This document shows positions 44,873-53,953 of a stretch of DNA of 64,000 nucleotides, in pieces. The stretch comes from Lentisphaeria bacterium UBA4640. GTDB lineage: Bacteria; Verrucomicrobiota; Lentisphaeria; Victivallales; UBA1829. The stretch is taken from assembly GCA_002405835.1 (NCBI GenBank), contig DHMO01000042.1, positions 16,036-80,035 on the forward strand. Reading direction: 5' to 3'. Made by a program: the position numbers and the translations under genes. Position 1 is the first letter of the stretch. Every line of letters begins with the position of its first letter. The notes beneath the pieces were generated by a model that was given only the letters and a program-made list of their open reading frames with translations, had not been told where the DNA came from and searched no databases.

Positions 44873-46567
44873 ATGGGTATCGGACATATTCTGTCGATCA
44901 TCGGGTCGGCGATTTTTATGATTTTCTTTTTCGGTCTTTGCATTTTCGTGCATGAACTCGGACACTTCCTTGTCGCCAAATGGCGCGGGTTCCATGTGAT
45001 CGCCTTTTCCATCGGGTTCCGCAAAATCTGGGGGAAGAAATACAAGGGCGTGGAGTACCGCATCGGCTGGATTCCGTTCGGCGGATACGTCGATATTCCG
45101 CAGATTGATTCGACCGGAGAGGCGAAGGACGAAAACGGCAATCCGCTCCCGAAGGGCAAGCCTGTGGACCGCATTCTCGCGGCTGCGGCGGGACCTGTCT
45201 TCAACATCATTTTCGGATTCATTCTCGCGGTTGCCGTCTGGATCGGCGGACTGCCGCAGGAGACGCCGAAGCTGTCGACCATCGAAGTTGCAACCATCGA
45301 ACAGGAGAGTCCGGAATACCGTGCCGGTCTGCGCGAAGGCGATAAGATTCTGAAGCTCAACGGTAAAACTTTCAATGCCACCTGGCGCGAATTCGTAACG
45401 GAGATTCTCACGATCATCGGCGATGTGACGCTGGACGTGGAGCGCGACGGGAAAGTGATTCAGGTCACTTACCGTCCGGTTGTGAACAAGGCGGTCAGTC
45501 CGGTCGATGAGATTGCATATCCGTTCTTCCGTCCGAAACTTCCGCTGCGTCTCTATCCCGAATCCGGTTCCGCCGCCGCGAAAGCCGGAGTGCTTGCCGG
45601 CGATGAGGTGGTCGCCGCGAACGGACAGAAGATTGCCGGATTCGATGACTTGGAGATTTTCCTCTCCATGAACTCCGACAAACCGTTCACTCTTACCGTG
45701 AAACGCGATGGCAAAACGGTTGAAATCCCGAATATCGTTCCCGAGCCGTTGAAGGTTCAGGGGCGTGACGGCGTTTACCGCATCGGCTTCACGTTCTCTG
45801 CGAAGGACGGCGGAATGAAGATTGAAAAAGTTTCACCCGGAATGCCTGCGGAGACCGCAGGTCTGCAGCCCGGCGACGTGATTGTCAAGGCGGACGGCAA
45901 GCCAATTGCGACCCCCTCGCTTTTCCCCTCCACACTCGGTGACAAGGCGGTTCAGCTGACCGTGAAGCGCGGAGAAAAGGAACTGGAGCTCACTCTGGTT
46001 CCGCGCTTCATCCGCTTCACAACAATCGGCGTGGATTTCGTCTATCTGACGCATCCGACGCCGTGGAGCCAGTTCACGCATGTGATTGACATGACGGTCA
46101 AATCCCTGCGCAGTCTCGGCGTCAGTCTCGGCAACAAGCTCGGTCTGACAAAGGCGCACACCACGATCAAGCCCAGCCACCTGAGCGGTCCGATCGGCAT
46201 CGGACGCGTCCTTTACATTTCCGTCTATCGCGGTTCGATTGTCCAGGGGCTCAGCCTTGTGGTTCTGGTTTCGTTCAGTCTCGGACTCTTCAATCTGCTT
46301 CCGATTCCGGTTCTCGACGGCGGACATATTCTGCTTGCGATTCTGGAGCTGATTTTCCGCCGCCCGGTTTCGGCAAAGGTGCTTGAACCGATTATGATGG
46401 GCTTCATCGGACTGCTGATTGCGTTCATGCTCTACGTTTCGTTCTATGACGTCCGCCGGGTGATCGGGTCGATTGCTCCGGAAGCAATCGGCATTGAATC
46501 GAAGGCTCCGGCGACAGCCGTGTCAGCAAAGGATGGAAAAGATGTCCAGAATGACAAGAAGGATTAA
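44873..46567 (+). CDS. rseP: RIP metalloprotease RseP (M50 site-2 protease with PDZ domains)
   Basis: 564 aa. It has the HELGHFLVAKW zinc motif, multiple PDZ-like segments (SPEYRAGLREGDKIL, AAKAGVLAGDEVV, AETAGLQPGDVIV), and NLLPIPVLDGGH. Confidence 0.9.
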   Translation: MGIGHILSIIGSAIFMIFFFGLCIFVHELGHFLVAKWRGFHVIAFSIGFRKIWGKKYKGVEYRIGWIPFGGYVDIPQIDSTGEAKDENGNPLPKGKPVDRILAAAAGPVFNIIFGFILAVAVWIGGLPQETPKLSTIEVATIEQESPEYRAGLREGDKILKLNGKTFNATWREFVTEILTIIGDVTLDVERDGKVIQVTYRPVVNKAVSPVDEIAYPFFRPKLPLRLYPESGSAAAKAGVLAGDEVVAANGQKIAGFDDLEIFLSMNSDKPFTLTVKRDGKTVEIPNIVPEPLKVQGRDGVYRIGFTFSAKDGGMKIEKVSPGMPAETAGLQPGDVIVKADGKPIATPSLFPSTLGDKAVQLTVKRGEKELELTLVPRFIRFTTIGVDFVYLTHPTPWSQFTHVIDMTVKSLRSLGVSLGNKLGLTKAHTTIKPSHLSGPIGIGRVLYISVYRGSIVQGLSLVVLVSFSLGLFNLLPIPVLDGGHILLAILELIFRRPVSAKVLEPIMMGFIGLLIAFMLYVSFYDVRRVIGSIAPEAIGIESKAPATAVSAKDGKDVQNDKKD

Positions 46568-47633
46568 TGTCGGTTCCGTTGCAATCGGCGGCGGCGCACC
46601 GGTTTCGCTTCAGTCCATGACGAATACGCGCACTTCGGATGCGCCGGCGACTCTTGCGCAAATCCGCGAGCTGGCGAATGCCGGATGCGACATCATCCGC
46701 TGCGCTGTCCCAGATGAAGAAGCTCTCCGCGCTCTGCCGGAGATTCTAGACGGAACACCGATTCCGGTGATTGCTGATATTCATTTTGATTACCGTCTTG
46801 CGCTCGGGGCCATCAAAGCGGGAATTCACGGAATCCGCATCAACCCGGGCAACATCGGCTCCGCGGACCGTGTCCGCGCGGTTGCCGAAGCCGCGGGGGA
46901 GGCGGGGGTTCCGATCCGCGTCGGCGCAAACTCCGGAAGTCTGCCGCATGGACTTTACGATTCCAAACTTGCCGCCGGGCTTGCTCCGCGCGATGCGATG
47001 GCGCAGGCGCTTGCGGAGGCTGCACTCGGACAGGTGAAGCTGCTGGAGCAGTACGGTTTCCGGCAGATTAAAGTATCCCTCAAATCCAGTTCGGTGGTAT
47101 CGACGGTTGATGCGTGCCGCCGTTTTGCGGAAATCAGCGATATTCCGCTTCACATCGGCGTTACGGAGGCGGGTGTTCCGGCAACGGGACTCATCAAATC
47201 CGCGGTCGGCATCGGTGCTTTGCTGCTGGAGGGAATCGGCGAAACCATGCGGGTGAGTCTGACCGCCGATCCAGTGGAGGAGATCCGTACGGGTTTGCAG
47301 ATCCTGGAAGCCGCCGGACTGCGCAAGCCGGAACCGGAATTCGTGTCGTGTCCGACTTGCGGACGCACGCGGATTGACCTGACCGGGCTTGCTTCCGAGG
47401 TCTATGAGTACATTCAGTCGCTGAAGCGCGCGGGGCGTCATATCGGTTTCCGCAAAATAGCCGTGATGGGCTGTGTCGTGAACGGTCCCGGCGAGGCGCA
47501 CGATGCGGATATCGGTCTTGCGGGCGGCGACGGCAAAGCTGTGATTTTCAAATCCGGAAAAATCGCTGCAACGCTTCCCGAAGCGGAAGCTCTTGAGCTT
47601 CTCAAGCGCGAGATTCTGGAACATTCCAGATAA
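46533..47633 (+). CDS. ispG: 4-hydroxy-3-methylbut-2-enyl diphosphate synthase
   Basis: Segments: INVGSVAIGGGAPVSLQSMTNT, IRINPGNIG and VSCPTCGR. The start is ambiguous among the in-frame ATGs at 46533, 46542 and 46551, all of which overlap the rseP 3' end. The track ORF start at 46473 is probably too long. Confidence 0.9.
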   Translation: MEKMSRMTRRINVGSVAIGGGAPVSLQSMTNTRTSDAPATLAQIRELANAGCDIIRCAVPDEEALRALPEILDGTPIPVIADIHFDYRLALGAIKAGIHGIRINPGNIGSADRVRAVAEAAGEAGVPIRVGANSGSLPHGLYDSKLAAGLAPRDAMAQALAEAALGQVKLLEQYGFRQIKVSLKSSSVVSTVDACRRFAEISDIPLHIGVTEAGVPATGLIKSAVGIGALLLEGIGETMRVSLTADPVEEIRTGLQILEAAGLRKPEPEFVSCPTCGRTRIDLTGLASEVYEYIQSLKRAGRHIGFRKIAVMGCVVNGPGEAHDADIGLAGGDGKAVIFKSGKIAATLPEAEALELLKREILEHSR

Positions 47634-47643
47634 AAATAAATTT

Positions 47644-47696
47644 AAAACCTGCGGAGCCTTCCGTTTTTCATGAACGGCAAGGCTCCGCAGGTTTTT
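47644..47696. terminator. Bidirectional rho-independent terminator between ispG and the GH36-like gene
   Basis: aaaacctgcggagccttccgtt ... aacggcaaggctccgcaggttttt: an ~18-bp stem with one bulge, flanked by A- and T-tracts. Confidence 0.65.
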
Positions 47697-47710
47697 GTTT
47701 CTTATGAAAT

Positions 47711-49597
47711 TCAGAACTGATAGAGTGCGCAGGAGTATTCCTCCGGGAGCACGGCTTTCAGCTTGGAACCTTCCACAACGGCGGAACCGCCGCCGAAAAT
47801 CTTCCGGACCGATTGACCGAACGGAAGATCGAATTCATATTCCGCATTCTCCGCTCCGTTGCGGTAGACCGCGATAAATCCTTCGCTGTAATCCGGAGCG
47901 ACCGAGACGATGGCGCTCCAGGTTCCCTTCATCGGCATTTCGCCTTCGGAGATTGTGAGATACTTCTGGAACTTTCTGCGGTACGGGGCGATCATCGCAT
48001 AGAACGCCTTCATTTCCGCCTGACGGTCCGCCGGGGTGTTGTCAATCACTCCCCAGTAGAGCGGCGAGGCGAAAATTGTGGTTCCGAGGATGTATTCAAG
48101 CGGGTAATCCATCGCCTGCGGCATCATCTCGATTTCGCAATGGCTTGCGGGGGCGAACTTCAGAGTGTACCAGAGATTGCCGAGCGCCATGTACGGATGA
48201 TAGTAGCGGTGATCGGGAATGTTGCGTCCGCGGTTTTCCAGGAAGAGCCGTCCGTAGTCGAGTCCGAAATCGAAGTTCGGGCGTCCGCGACGGGTGACAT
48301 CCATTGAAACGACAAGCCCCGGAATCTCTTTTTTGATTGCATCCATGAACGCGCGGTAGGCTTCATAATGCATCTGCGCATCGCCGAGAAGCGTGTTGTA
48401 ATAGAAGAGGTGGTACATGTCGAATTTGAAATGGCGGATTCCGTATTCGCGGTTGAGTGCGACCAGCTTGTTTTTGATGTGCTCAAAATAGCCGGGGTTC
48501 ATGAGGTCTGCGGAATAGTAGCCGCGTCCGTCGCCGACGTACTGTTCGACGGGCTGGTAATCTTTGTCGCGGGCGAGCCAGTTCCAGGGATTGGGTTCCA
48601 GCATGGTGTCGTGACATTCGGCGCCGTCCCACTGAACGACGCGCGGATCTTTGTAATCCATGCAGAGCGGATTGCACCAGAGACCGATTTCGATGTTGTA
48701 TCCGCGCGCGATTTCGGCAAGTTTGGTGAACTTGTTCGGGAACTTGGTTTCATCAATTTCCCCCATGAAGGCGGAGAACCAGCCGTCATCGATGAAGACG
48801 ACGTTGACGCCGGCTTTTGCCGCTCCGTGAAGTTCTTTGGTGATCGCCTCCTCTGTGACGCCGAAGGTGAGGTCGGGCCAGGAGTTCGCGAGAACTTCGG
48901 CCGCAGTGCTTTCGGGATAATCGGGATAGCGTTCGAGCCAGTAGCGCTGAAGTCCGAAGTCGCGGGTCAGTCCGAGAACAACGCCGTTTGCGCGGCGCGG
49001 TTCGCCCTTGCGGAGATTGTCGAAGCCGAGCCCGAGCATCTCGGCGGTATTGGCTTCCGGATTGTAAAGGAAGTCATATTCGCACGGGATGGGCTGGGAG
49101 TCGGGCATGGGACCCTCCTTGTAAAGGAACATGCCGTTACCGGTGAAGTATGCGCCGGCGTTTTTGCCCGGTTTCGCGGGCCCCTTGATCATGCGGTGAT
49201 TCGACTGATCGCTGCACGAATAGAAATTGATGACTTCTGCATCGTGCGCATCCGTATGGAACTGCGCATTGACGAGCGTGGAGTAGCAGACGGCCGCCAG
49301 GTCGGTCTCCGTCTCGAACGTGTCGTACCAGCGCAGCGCGGGGGCGTTCTGCCAGAAGAAACAGTGCCGGGTCAGAGTGACGGGACCGTTTTTCCAGGAG
49401 AAGTTCCAGCCCTGCGGAGTCTGATTCGTGCCGATGAGTTTGTAATCCGCAAGCACTTCGCGGTCGGCGACAAACTTCGGGGTTCCGGTGGAGAGCATGT
49501 TCTTTCCGGTCTTGAGGTCCGTGAAGGAGTCAATGCGGAAGAACGGTTCAAGCTCCACGCAGATTTCAACAAATGAATTTTTGAATGTGATCTGCAT
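47711..49597 (-). CDS. GH36-like alpha-galactosidase-family glycoside hydrolase (tentative)
   Basis: 628 aa. VVFIDDGWF and IRHFKFDMY resemble the GH36/GH27 DDGW and K-x-D nucleophile regions. The expected GLW-x-EPE segment instead reads GLWCNPLCM. Confidence 0.6.
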   Translation of the reverse strand: MQITFKNSFVEICVELEPFFRIDSFTDLKTGKNMLSTGTPKFVADREVLADYKLIGTNQTPQGWNFSWKNGPVTLTRHCFFWQNAPALRWYDTFETETDLAAVCYSTLVNAQFHTDAHDAEVINFYSCSDQSNHRMIKGPAKPGKNAGAYFTGNGMFLYKEGPMPDSQPIPCEYDFLYNPEANTAEMLGLGFDNLRKGEPRRANGVVLGLTRDFGLQRYWLERYPDYPESTAAEVLANSWPDLTFGVTEEAITKELHGAAKAGVNVVFIDDGWFSAFMGEIDETKFPNKFTKLAEIARGYNIEIGLWCNPLCMDYKDPRVVQWDGAECHDTMLEPNPWNWLARDKDYQPVEQYVGDGRGYYSADLMNPGYFEHIKNKLVALNREYGIRHFKFDMYHLFYYNTLLGDAQMHYEAYRAFMDAIKKEIPGLVVSMDVTRRGRPNFDFGLDYGRLFLENRGRNIPDHRYYHPYMALGNLWYTLKFAPASHCEIEMMPQAMDYPLEYILGTTIFASPLYWGVIDNTPADRQAEMKAFYAMIAPYRRKFQKYLTISEGEMPMKGTWSAIVSVAPDYSEGFIAVYRNGAENAEYEFDLPFGQSVRKIFGGGSAVVEGSKLKAVLPEEYSCALYQF

Positions 49598-49609
49598 GAC
49601 TGTTCCCTT

Positions 49610-50614
49610 TTATTTGCTGCGGATGGAGTCGAAAACCTCTTTTTCATCGGGCACGAGGAGGGAGCCGTCGGCATTGAAAACGTCATGGAACGGAATGCTG
49701 AGATCAGCGGTATTCATCATGCCCGCCCACGGGAAGACTGTCTGCGTTTTGCCGGAGACGAGTCCCCAGTTGATTGCGCTGACGTTGTTTTCCTTGAGAA
49801 CGGGGAGGCAGTCGCGGAAGGTGCTTCCGGCGTGCCGCGCCATGTATTCGGAACAGAGCAGGGGGCGTCCGTCGGCGATGTAGCGGATGAAGTTGATGCG
49901 TTCGCGGAGCTCCGCCGGAGGATTGTAGGAGTGGAAGGAGACGACTTCGGAGCGGTCGAACATGAAACGGTTGATTTCATCGAAGCTCTTTGCGAAGTTC
50001 CAGGGACCTGCGGTGATCGGCTGGTCGGGGGAGACTTCTTCCGCCCACTGGAAGACGTCGCGCAGAAGCGGGAGGGAAGCGGATTCGCGGAGCCCTGTCT
50101 TGGTGACGTGGTCGCCGGAGGAACCGTTTCCGGGTTCGTTGTAGAGATCCCAGAGCGCAATGCGGCTGTCATGAGCGAAATGGTTCAGAACGCCTTTGAC
50201 GTAGCGCTCAAGACGCGGTCTCTGGGAGAGGTCGTCGGCCGCGCGGTTTCCGGGGGACTGAATCCAGCCGGAGTTGTGGGTGCGCGGAACGGGGGCGGGC
50301 TGCTTGCCGAGGGCGAATTCCGGTTTCCAGCAGTCGTCGAAGAAGACGAACATGGTTTTGATTCCGGTGCCGTCGGCGATTTCCAGATACTGTTCCATGC
50401 GTTTGAGGAACCCTTCGGAATCCTGTTCCCAGAGGAGGTCGTGGAGGAAAACGCGCATGAGGTTCATGCCGATTCCTGCCGCGTATCCGAGTTCGCGCCG
50501 TATGGTTTCCGGATCAAAGGTTTCCGCCTGCCACATCTCGAGCTGATTGATTGCGGTCGAGGGAATGAAGTTCGCGCCGAAATACCACGTATTGTTCCAG
50601 TTGAATTTTCTCAT
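49610..50614 (-). CDS. Clan GH-A (GH5-like) glycoside hydrolase
   Basis: 334 aa. GMNLMRVF and IALWDLYNEPGN (an N-E-P acid/base motif) are typical of (beta/alpha)8 GH-A enzymes. There is no signal peptide. Confidence 0.6.
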   Translation of the reverse strand: MRKFNWNNTWYFGANFIPSTAINQLEMWQAETFDPETIRRELGYAAGIGMNLMRVFLHDLLWEQDSEGFLKRMEQYLEIADGTGIKTMFVFFDDCWKPEFALGKQPAPVPRTHNSGWIQSPGNRAADDLSQRPRLERYVKGVLNHFAHDSRIALWDLYNEPGNGSSGDHVTKTGLRESASLPLLRDVFQWAEEVSPDQPITAGPWNFAKSFDEINRFMFDRSEVVSFHSYNPPAELRERINFIRYIADGRPLLCSEYMARHAGSTFRDCLPVLKENNVSAINWGLVSGKTQTVFPWAGMMNTADLSIPFHDVFNADGSLLVPDEKEVFDSIRSK

Positions 50615-50802
50615 AACAGTCCTTTTGGTTTAATGTTGCTGGTTGAAATCTATCATTGAAAGTGTTCTTTGCAAGCGTGTTTCGGACCGATTCGGCATTT
50701 TTCCGGAAAATCTTGCAAAAAAATCTGCGGAATATGTTGCATTCCTGTATTTTTAAGGTAAATTAAGACATCTTACGACTAATAAAGAGAAGGGATTCGG
50801 AA

Positions 50803-52467
50803 GTGAACCAGTTTCCTGAAGAAGATTTGGCAGCCGTTGCGCAACTGCGGAAAAACGGAATAGAAGTACCGGAATACTACAACTTCGCCTACGACGTGGT
50901 CGACAAATGGGCGGAAAAAGAGCGGAACCGTCTCGCGATGATCTGGGTGAACCAGCAGGGGCGCGAACGGAAGCTCACCTATTTTGATTTCAGCCGGCTT
51001 TCCAACCAGGCCGCGAATCTTCTGTTTAAACACGGCGTTTCGAAGGGCGACCGCGTGTTCATCATGCTTCCCCGCATTCCTGAGTGGTGGATTTTCTCGC
51101 TGGCTCTGATGAAACTCGGCGCCGTGCAGTGTTCCTCGCCCTCCCTCCTGACTCCGGAAGACCTCCGCGGACGTCTGAACTACGGCAAATTCAAAGTCGT
51201 CATCAGCGACCAGGAGAACGCACACAAGTTCGATGAAATCTACGATGACTGCCCGCTCCTCAACTTCCGCATGATCGTGGACGGCGAGCGCAAGGGCTGG
51301 CTCAGCTACCCGCAGGAGATCAAGGGAATGCCGCTCTCCCGCAGCCGCGTCAAAACTCCGACACAGGTCCGCACCAAGAGCTCCGATCCGCTGCTCCTCT
51401 CCTTCACCTCGGGAACGAGCAAGATGCCGAAGGTGGTTCAGCATACCCATGCGTATCCGCTCGGACACCGCATTACCGCGGAAATGTGGCACGGACTCAA
51501 TAAAAACGACCTCCACTACTCCCTGAGCGACGCCGGCTGGGCGAAAAATCTGTGGGGCAACTACTTCGGTCAGTGGATCGTCGGCTGCTGCGTCTTCATT
51601 TACGATATTCGCGGCAAATTCATTCCGGATGAAATTCTTCCGATTCTGGAAAAATACCAGATCACTTCGTTCTGCGCGCCTCCGACCGTCTACCGCATGA
51701 TTGTCATCAACGACCTCAAGCGGTTCGACCTTTCGGAACTGAAAAAATGCACCAGCGCAGGTGAAGCGCTCAATGTCGATACCATCCGTCTCTGGAAAGA
51801 GGGAACCGGACTCACCATCCGCGAGGCTTACGGTCAGACGGAAACGGTCTGCATGATCGGAAACTATATCGACATTCCGACCCAGCCCGGCTCCATGGGA
51901 CAGCCCGCTCCGGGCTGGTTCATCGAACTTCATGACGACAACGGCAACCCTGTTCCGCAGGGCGAGCCGGGACGCATCGCAGTCAAAGTCGACCCTGAAC
52001 ACCGCCCGGTCGGTCTGATGGACAAGTACCTCTTCAATGAAGAGGAGAACACCAGGAGTTTCATCAACGGCTTCTACTACACCGGCGACAAAGCGTACAT
52101 GAACGAGAAGGGCTACTTCTTCTTCGTGGGACGCAGCGACGATATCATCAAGAGTTCCGGTTACCGTATCGGACCTCTGGAAGTGGAAGAGGTTCTGATG
52201 TCGCATCCCGCCTGCTGTGAAGTTGCAGTCGTCGGCGCTCCGGATCCGATCCGCGGAGCCAAGGTCAAGGCGTATGTGATCCTCAACCCCGGCTACGAGC
52301 CCACCGAGTCGCTGGTCCGCGAGCTTCAGCAGCACGCAAAGCATCACAGCGCTCCGTACAAGTATCCGCGTGAAATCGAGTTCGTAAAGACATTGCCGAA
52401 GACCCTTTCCGGCAAAGTCAAACGCGATATTCTCCGCAAGCATGCGGAAACCGGGGAAGCGTGGTAA
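50803..52467 (+). CDS. AMP-forming acyl-CoA synthetase (medium-chain ACSM-like)
   Basis: 554 aa with a GTG start. Segments: FTSGTSKMPK, YGQTE, YYTGDKAY, GRSDDIIKSSGYRIGPLEVE and LPKTLSGKVKR. Confidence 0.85.
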   Translation: MNQFPEEDLAAVAQLRKNGIEVPEYYNFAYDVVDKWAEKERNRLAMIWVNQQGRERKLTYFDFSRLSNQAANLLFKHGVSKGDRVFIMLPRIPEWWIFSLALMKLGAVQCSSPSLLTPEDLRGRLNYGKFKVVISDQENAHKFDEIYDDCPLLNFRMIVDGERKGWLSYPQEIKGMPLSRSRVKTPTQVRTKSSDPLLLSFTSGTSKMPKVVQHTHAYPLGHRITAEMWHGLNKNDLHYSLSDAGWAKNLWGNYFGQWIVGCCVFIYDIRGKFIPDEILPILEKYQITSFCAPPTVYRMIVINDLKRFDLSELKKCTSAGEALNVDTIRLWKEGTGLTIREAYGQTETVCMIGNYIDIPTQPGSMGQPAPGWFIELHDDNGNPVPQGEPGRIAVKVDPEHRPVGLMDKYLFNEEENTRSFINGFYYTGDKAYMNEKGYFFFVGRSDDIIKSSGYRIGPLEVEEVLMSHPACCEVAVVGAPDPIRGAKVKAYVILNPGYEPTESLVRELQQHAKHHSAPYKYPREIEFVKTLPKTLSGKVKRDILRKHAETGEAW

Positions 52468-52474
52468 TCCGCGC

Positions 52475-53191
52475 ATGAACCTGCTGATCATCCGTCCCGA
52501 AGATCTCTCCCCGGAACGCCGTTTCACGGTGACCGGGGAGCGTGCGGAGCATATCCGCACCGTTCTCCGGGCGAAGATCGGCGACCCCGTCAAAACCGGA
52601 TTTCTGAACGGCAAAACCGGAGTTTCGACTCTGCTTGAGCTGGAAAAAGGACGTGCCGTTCTGAAAGCCGGAGAGTTCACCGCGGAGCCGCCGAAACCGC
52701 TTCCGCTTTCGCTGATCGTCTCTCTGCCGCGTCCGCAGAGCTTCAAAAAAGTGCTTCATTTCGCCGTTTCCTCCGGCGTCAAACAGATCATCTTCACCCA
52801 TTCCGCTAAAGTTGAAAAAAGCTATTGGAACAGCACGGTTCTTGCACCGGAATCCATTCGCACGGAGGTGATTGAGGGATTGGAACAGGGCTTTGACACG
52901 GTCATGCCCGAGATTCGTTTTTACCGTTATCTGAAAGAATTCTTTGCCGATGCGGAGACTTTGTTTCCATCGGATTCCCTGAAAATCATCGCGCATCCCG
53001 GCCGTTCCGCCGAAACTCTTCCTTCAGGAGCTCCGCACACCGTTCTTGCGATCGGACCCGAAGGCGGCTATGTCAATTCTGAAGTTGAAGCGTTTGCCGC
53101 CGCCGGTTTTATTCCCGCCGCATTCGGTTCACACATCCTGCGCGTGGAATTCGCCGCCGCATTCATTGCCGGCTTTCTGATGCACCGCTGA
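52475..53191 (+). CDS. rsmE: 16S rRNA (uracil1498-N3)-methyltransferase
   Basis: I trimmed the track ORF to the ATG at 52475 (MNLLIIRPEDL...). Supporting segments are AIGPEGGY...E and LG.HILRVE. Confidence 0.85.
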   Translation: MNLLIIRPEDLSPERRFTVTGERAEHIRTVLRAKIGDPVKTGFLNGKTGVSTLLELEKGRAVLKAGEFTAEPPKPLPLSLIVSLPRPQSFKKVLHFAVSSGVKQIIFTHSAKVEKSYWNSTVLAPESIRTEVIEGLEQGFDTVMPEIRFYRYLKEFFADAETLFPSDSLKIIAHPGRSAETLPSGAPHTVLAIGPEGGYVNSEVEAFAAAGFIPAAFGSHILRVEFAAAFIAGFLMHR

Positions 53192-53197
53192 AAGTGC

Positions 53198-53231
53198 AAA
53201 AAAAACGGACTTGCCGTTCTGACAAGTCCGT
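53198..53231 (-). terminator. Rho-independent terminator of the FKBP gene (minus strand)
   Basis: Stem acggacttg/caagtccgt (53205-53213 / 53223-53231), followed on the minus strand by an 8-nt T-tract (plus-strand A-tract 53198-53205). Confidence 0.45.
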
Positions 53232-53255
53232 CTTCAGAGGAATCAGAAACTCTGA

Positions 53256-53882
53256 TTACTTCTTAATGTCGAGCAGTTCCACTTCAAAAATCAGCATCTG
53301 ATCGGGTCCGATGAGCTGACCTGCGCCGCGTTTGCCGTAGGCGAGGGCTGCGGGGATGAAGAGTTTGAACTTGCTGCCGACCTGCATGAGCTGCAGAGCT
53401 TCGGTCCAGCCGGCAATCACGCCGTTGACCGGGAAGGTCGCGGGTTCGCCGCGCTGAACGGAGCTGTCGAACACTGTGCCGTCGGGGAGCGTGCCGGTGT
53501 AGTGAACGGTGACCGTGCTTTCTCTTGTCGGCTTGTCGCCGCTGCCCTGCTTGAGAACCTTGTACTGGAGTCCGGTTCCGGTGGTGACGACGTCTTTGTC
53601 CTCTTTGTTTTTTGCGAGGAATTCGGCTTCCTGTTTCTGGTTTTCGGCGCCTGCCGCGGCGGCCTGTTTTTCAGCTGCGGCGCGGAGTTCCATCTGGAAT
53701 TTGCGCATGAGTTCCATGAACTCCTGTTCGCCGACCTGCGGCTTCTCGCCGCTGTACATGTCGGTGATGCCCGCGATTGCGGCTTCGAGGTTGATTTCAA
53801 CCGGAAGTTTTTTGAAGGACATTCCGATATCCATTCCGAGACAGTAGCTGGTCTTGTCGCTGTCGTTCTGAAGATTTGCCAT
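53256..53882 (-). CDS. FKBP-type peptidyl-prolyl cis-trans isomerase with an N-terminal dimerisation domain (FklB/FkpA-like)
   Basis: 208 aa. Segments: GLQYKVLKQGSG, V.VHYTGTL.DGTVFDSS, GVI.GWTEAL and LFIP..LAYG. There is no signal peptide. Confidence 0.9.
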   Translation of the reverse strand: MANLQNDSDKTSYCLGMDIGMSFKKLPVEINLEAAIAGITDMYSGEKPQVGEQEFMELMRKFQMELRAAAEKQAAAAGAENQKQEAEFLAKNKEDKDVVTTGTGLQYKVLKQGSGDKPTRESTVTVHYTGTLPDGTVFDSSVQRGEPATFPVNGVIAGWTEALQLMQVGSKFKLFIPAALAYGKRGAGQLIGPDQMLIFEVELLDIKK

Positions 53883-53953
53883 GATTATTCCTTTTGTTGG
53901 GGTTCGTATACCATACTTGCAATTGGCGCGGATTCAAGCCGCGTTTCGTATTT

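Noticed and set aside
50779-52746. A 655-aa minus-strand ORF.
   Set aside because: It is an antisense shadow of the acyl-CoA synthetase and the rsmE 5' end.
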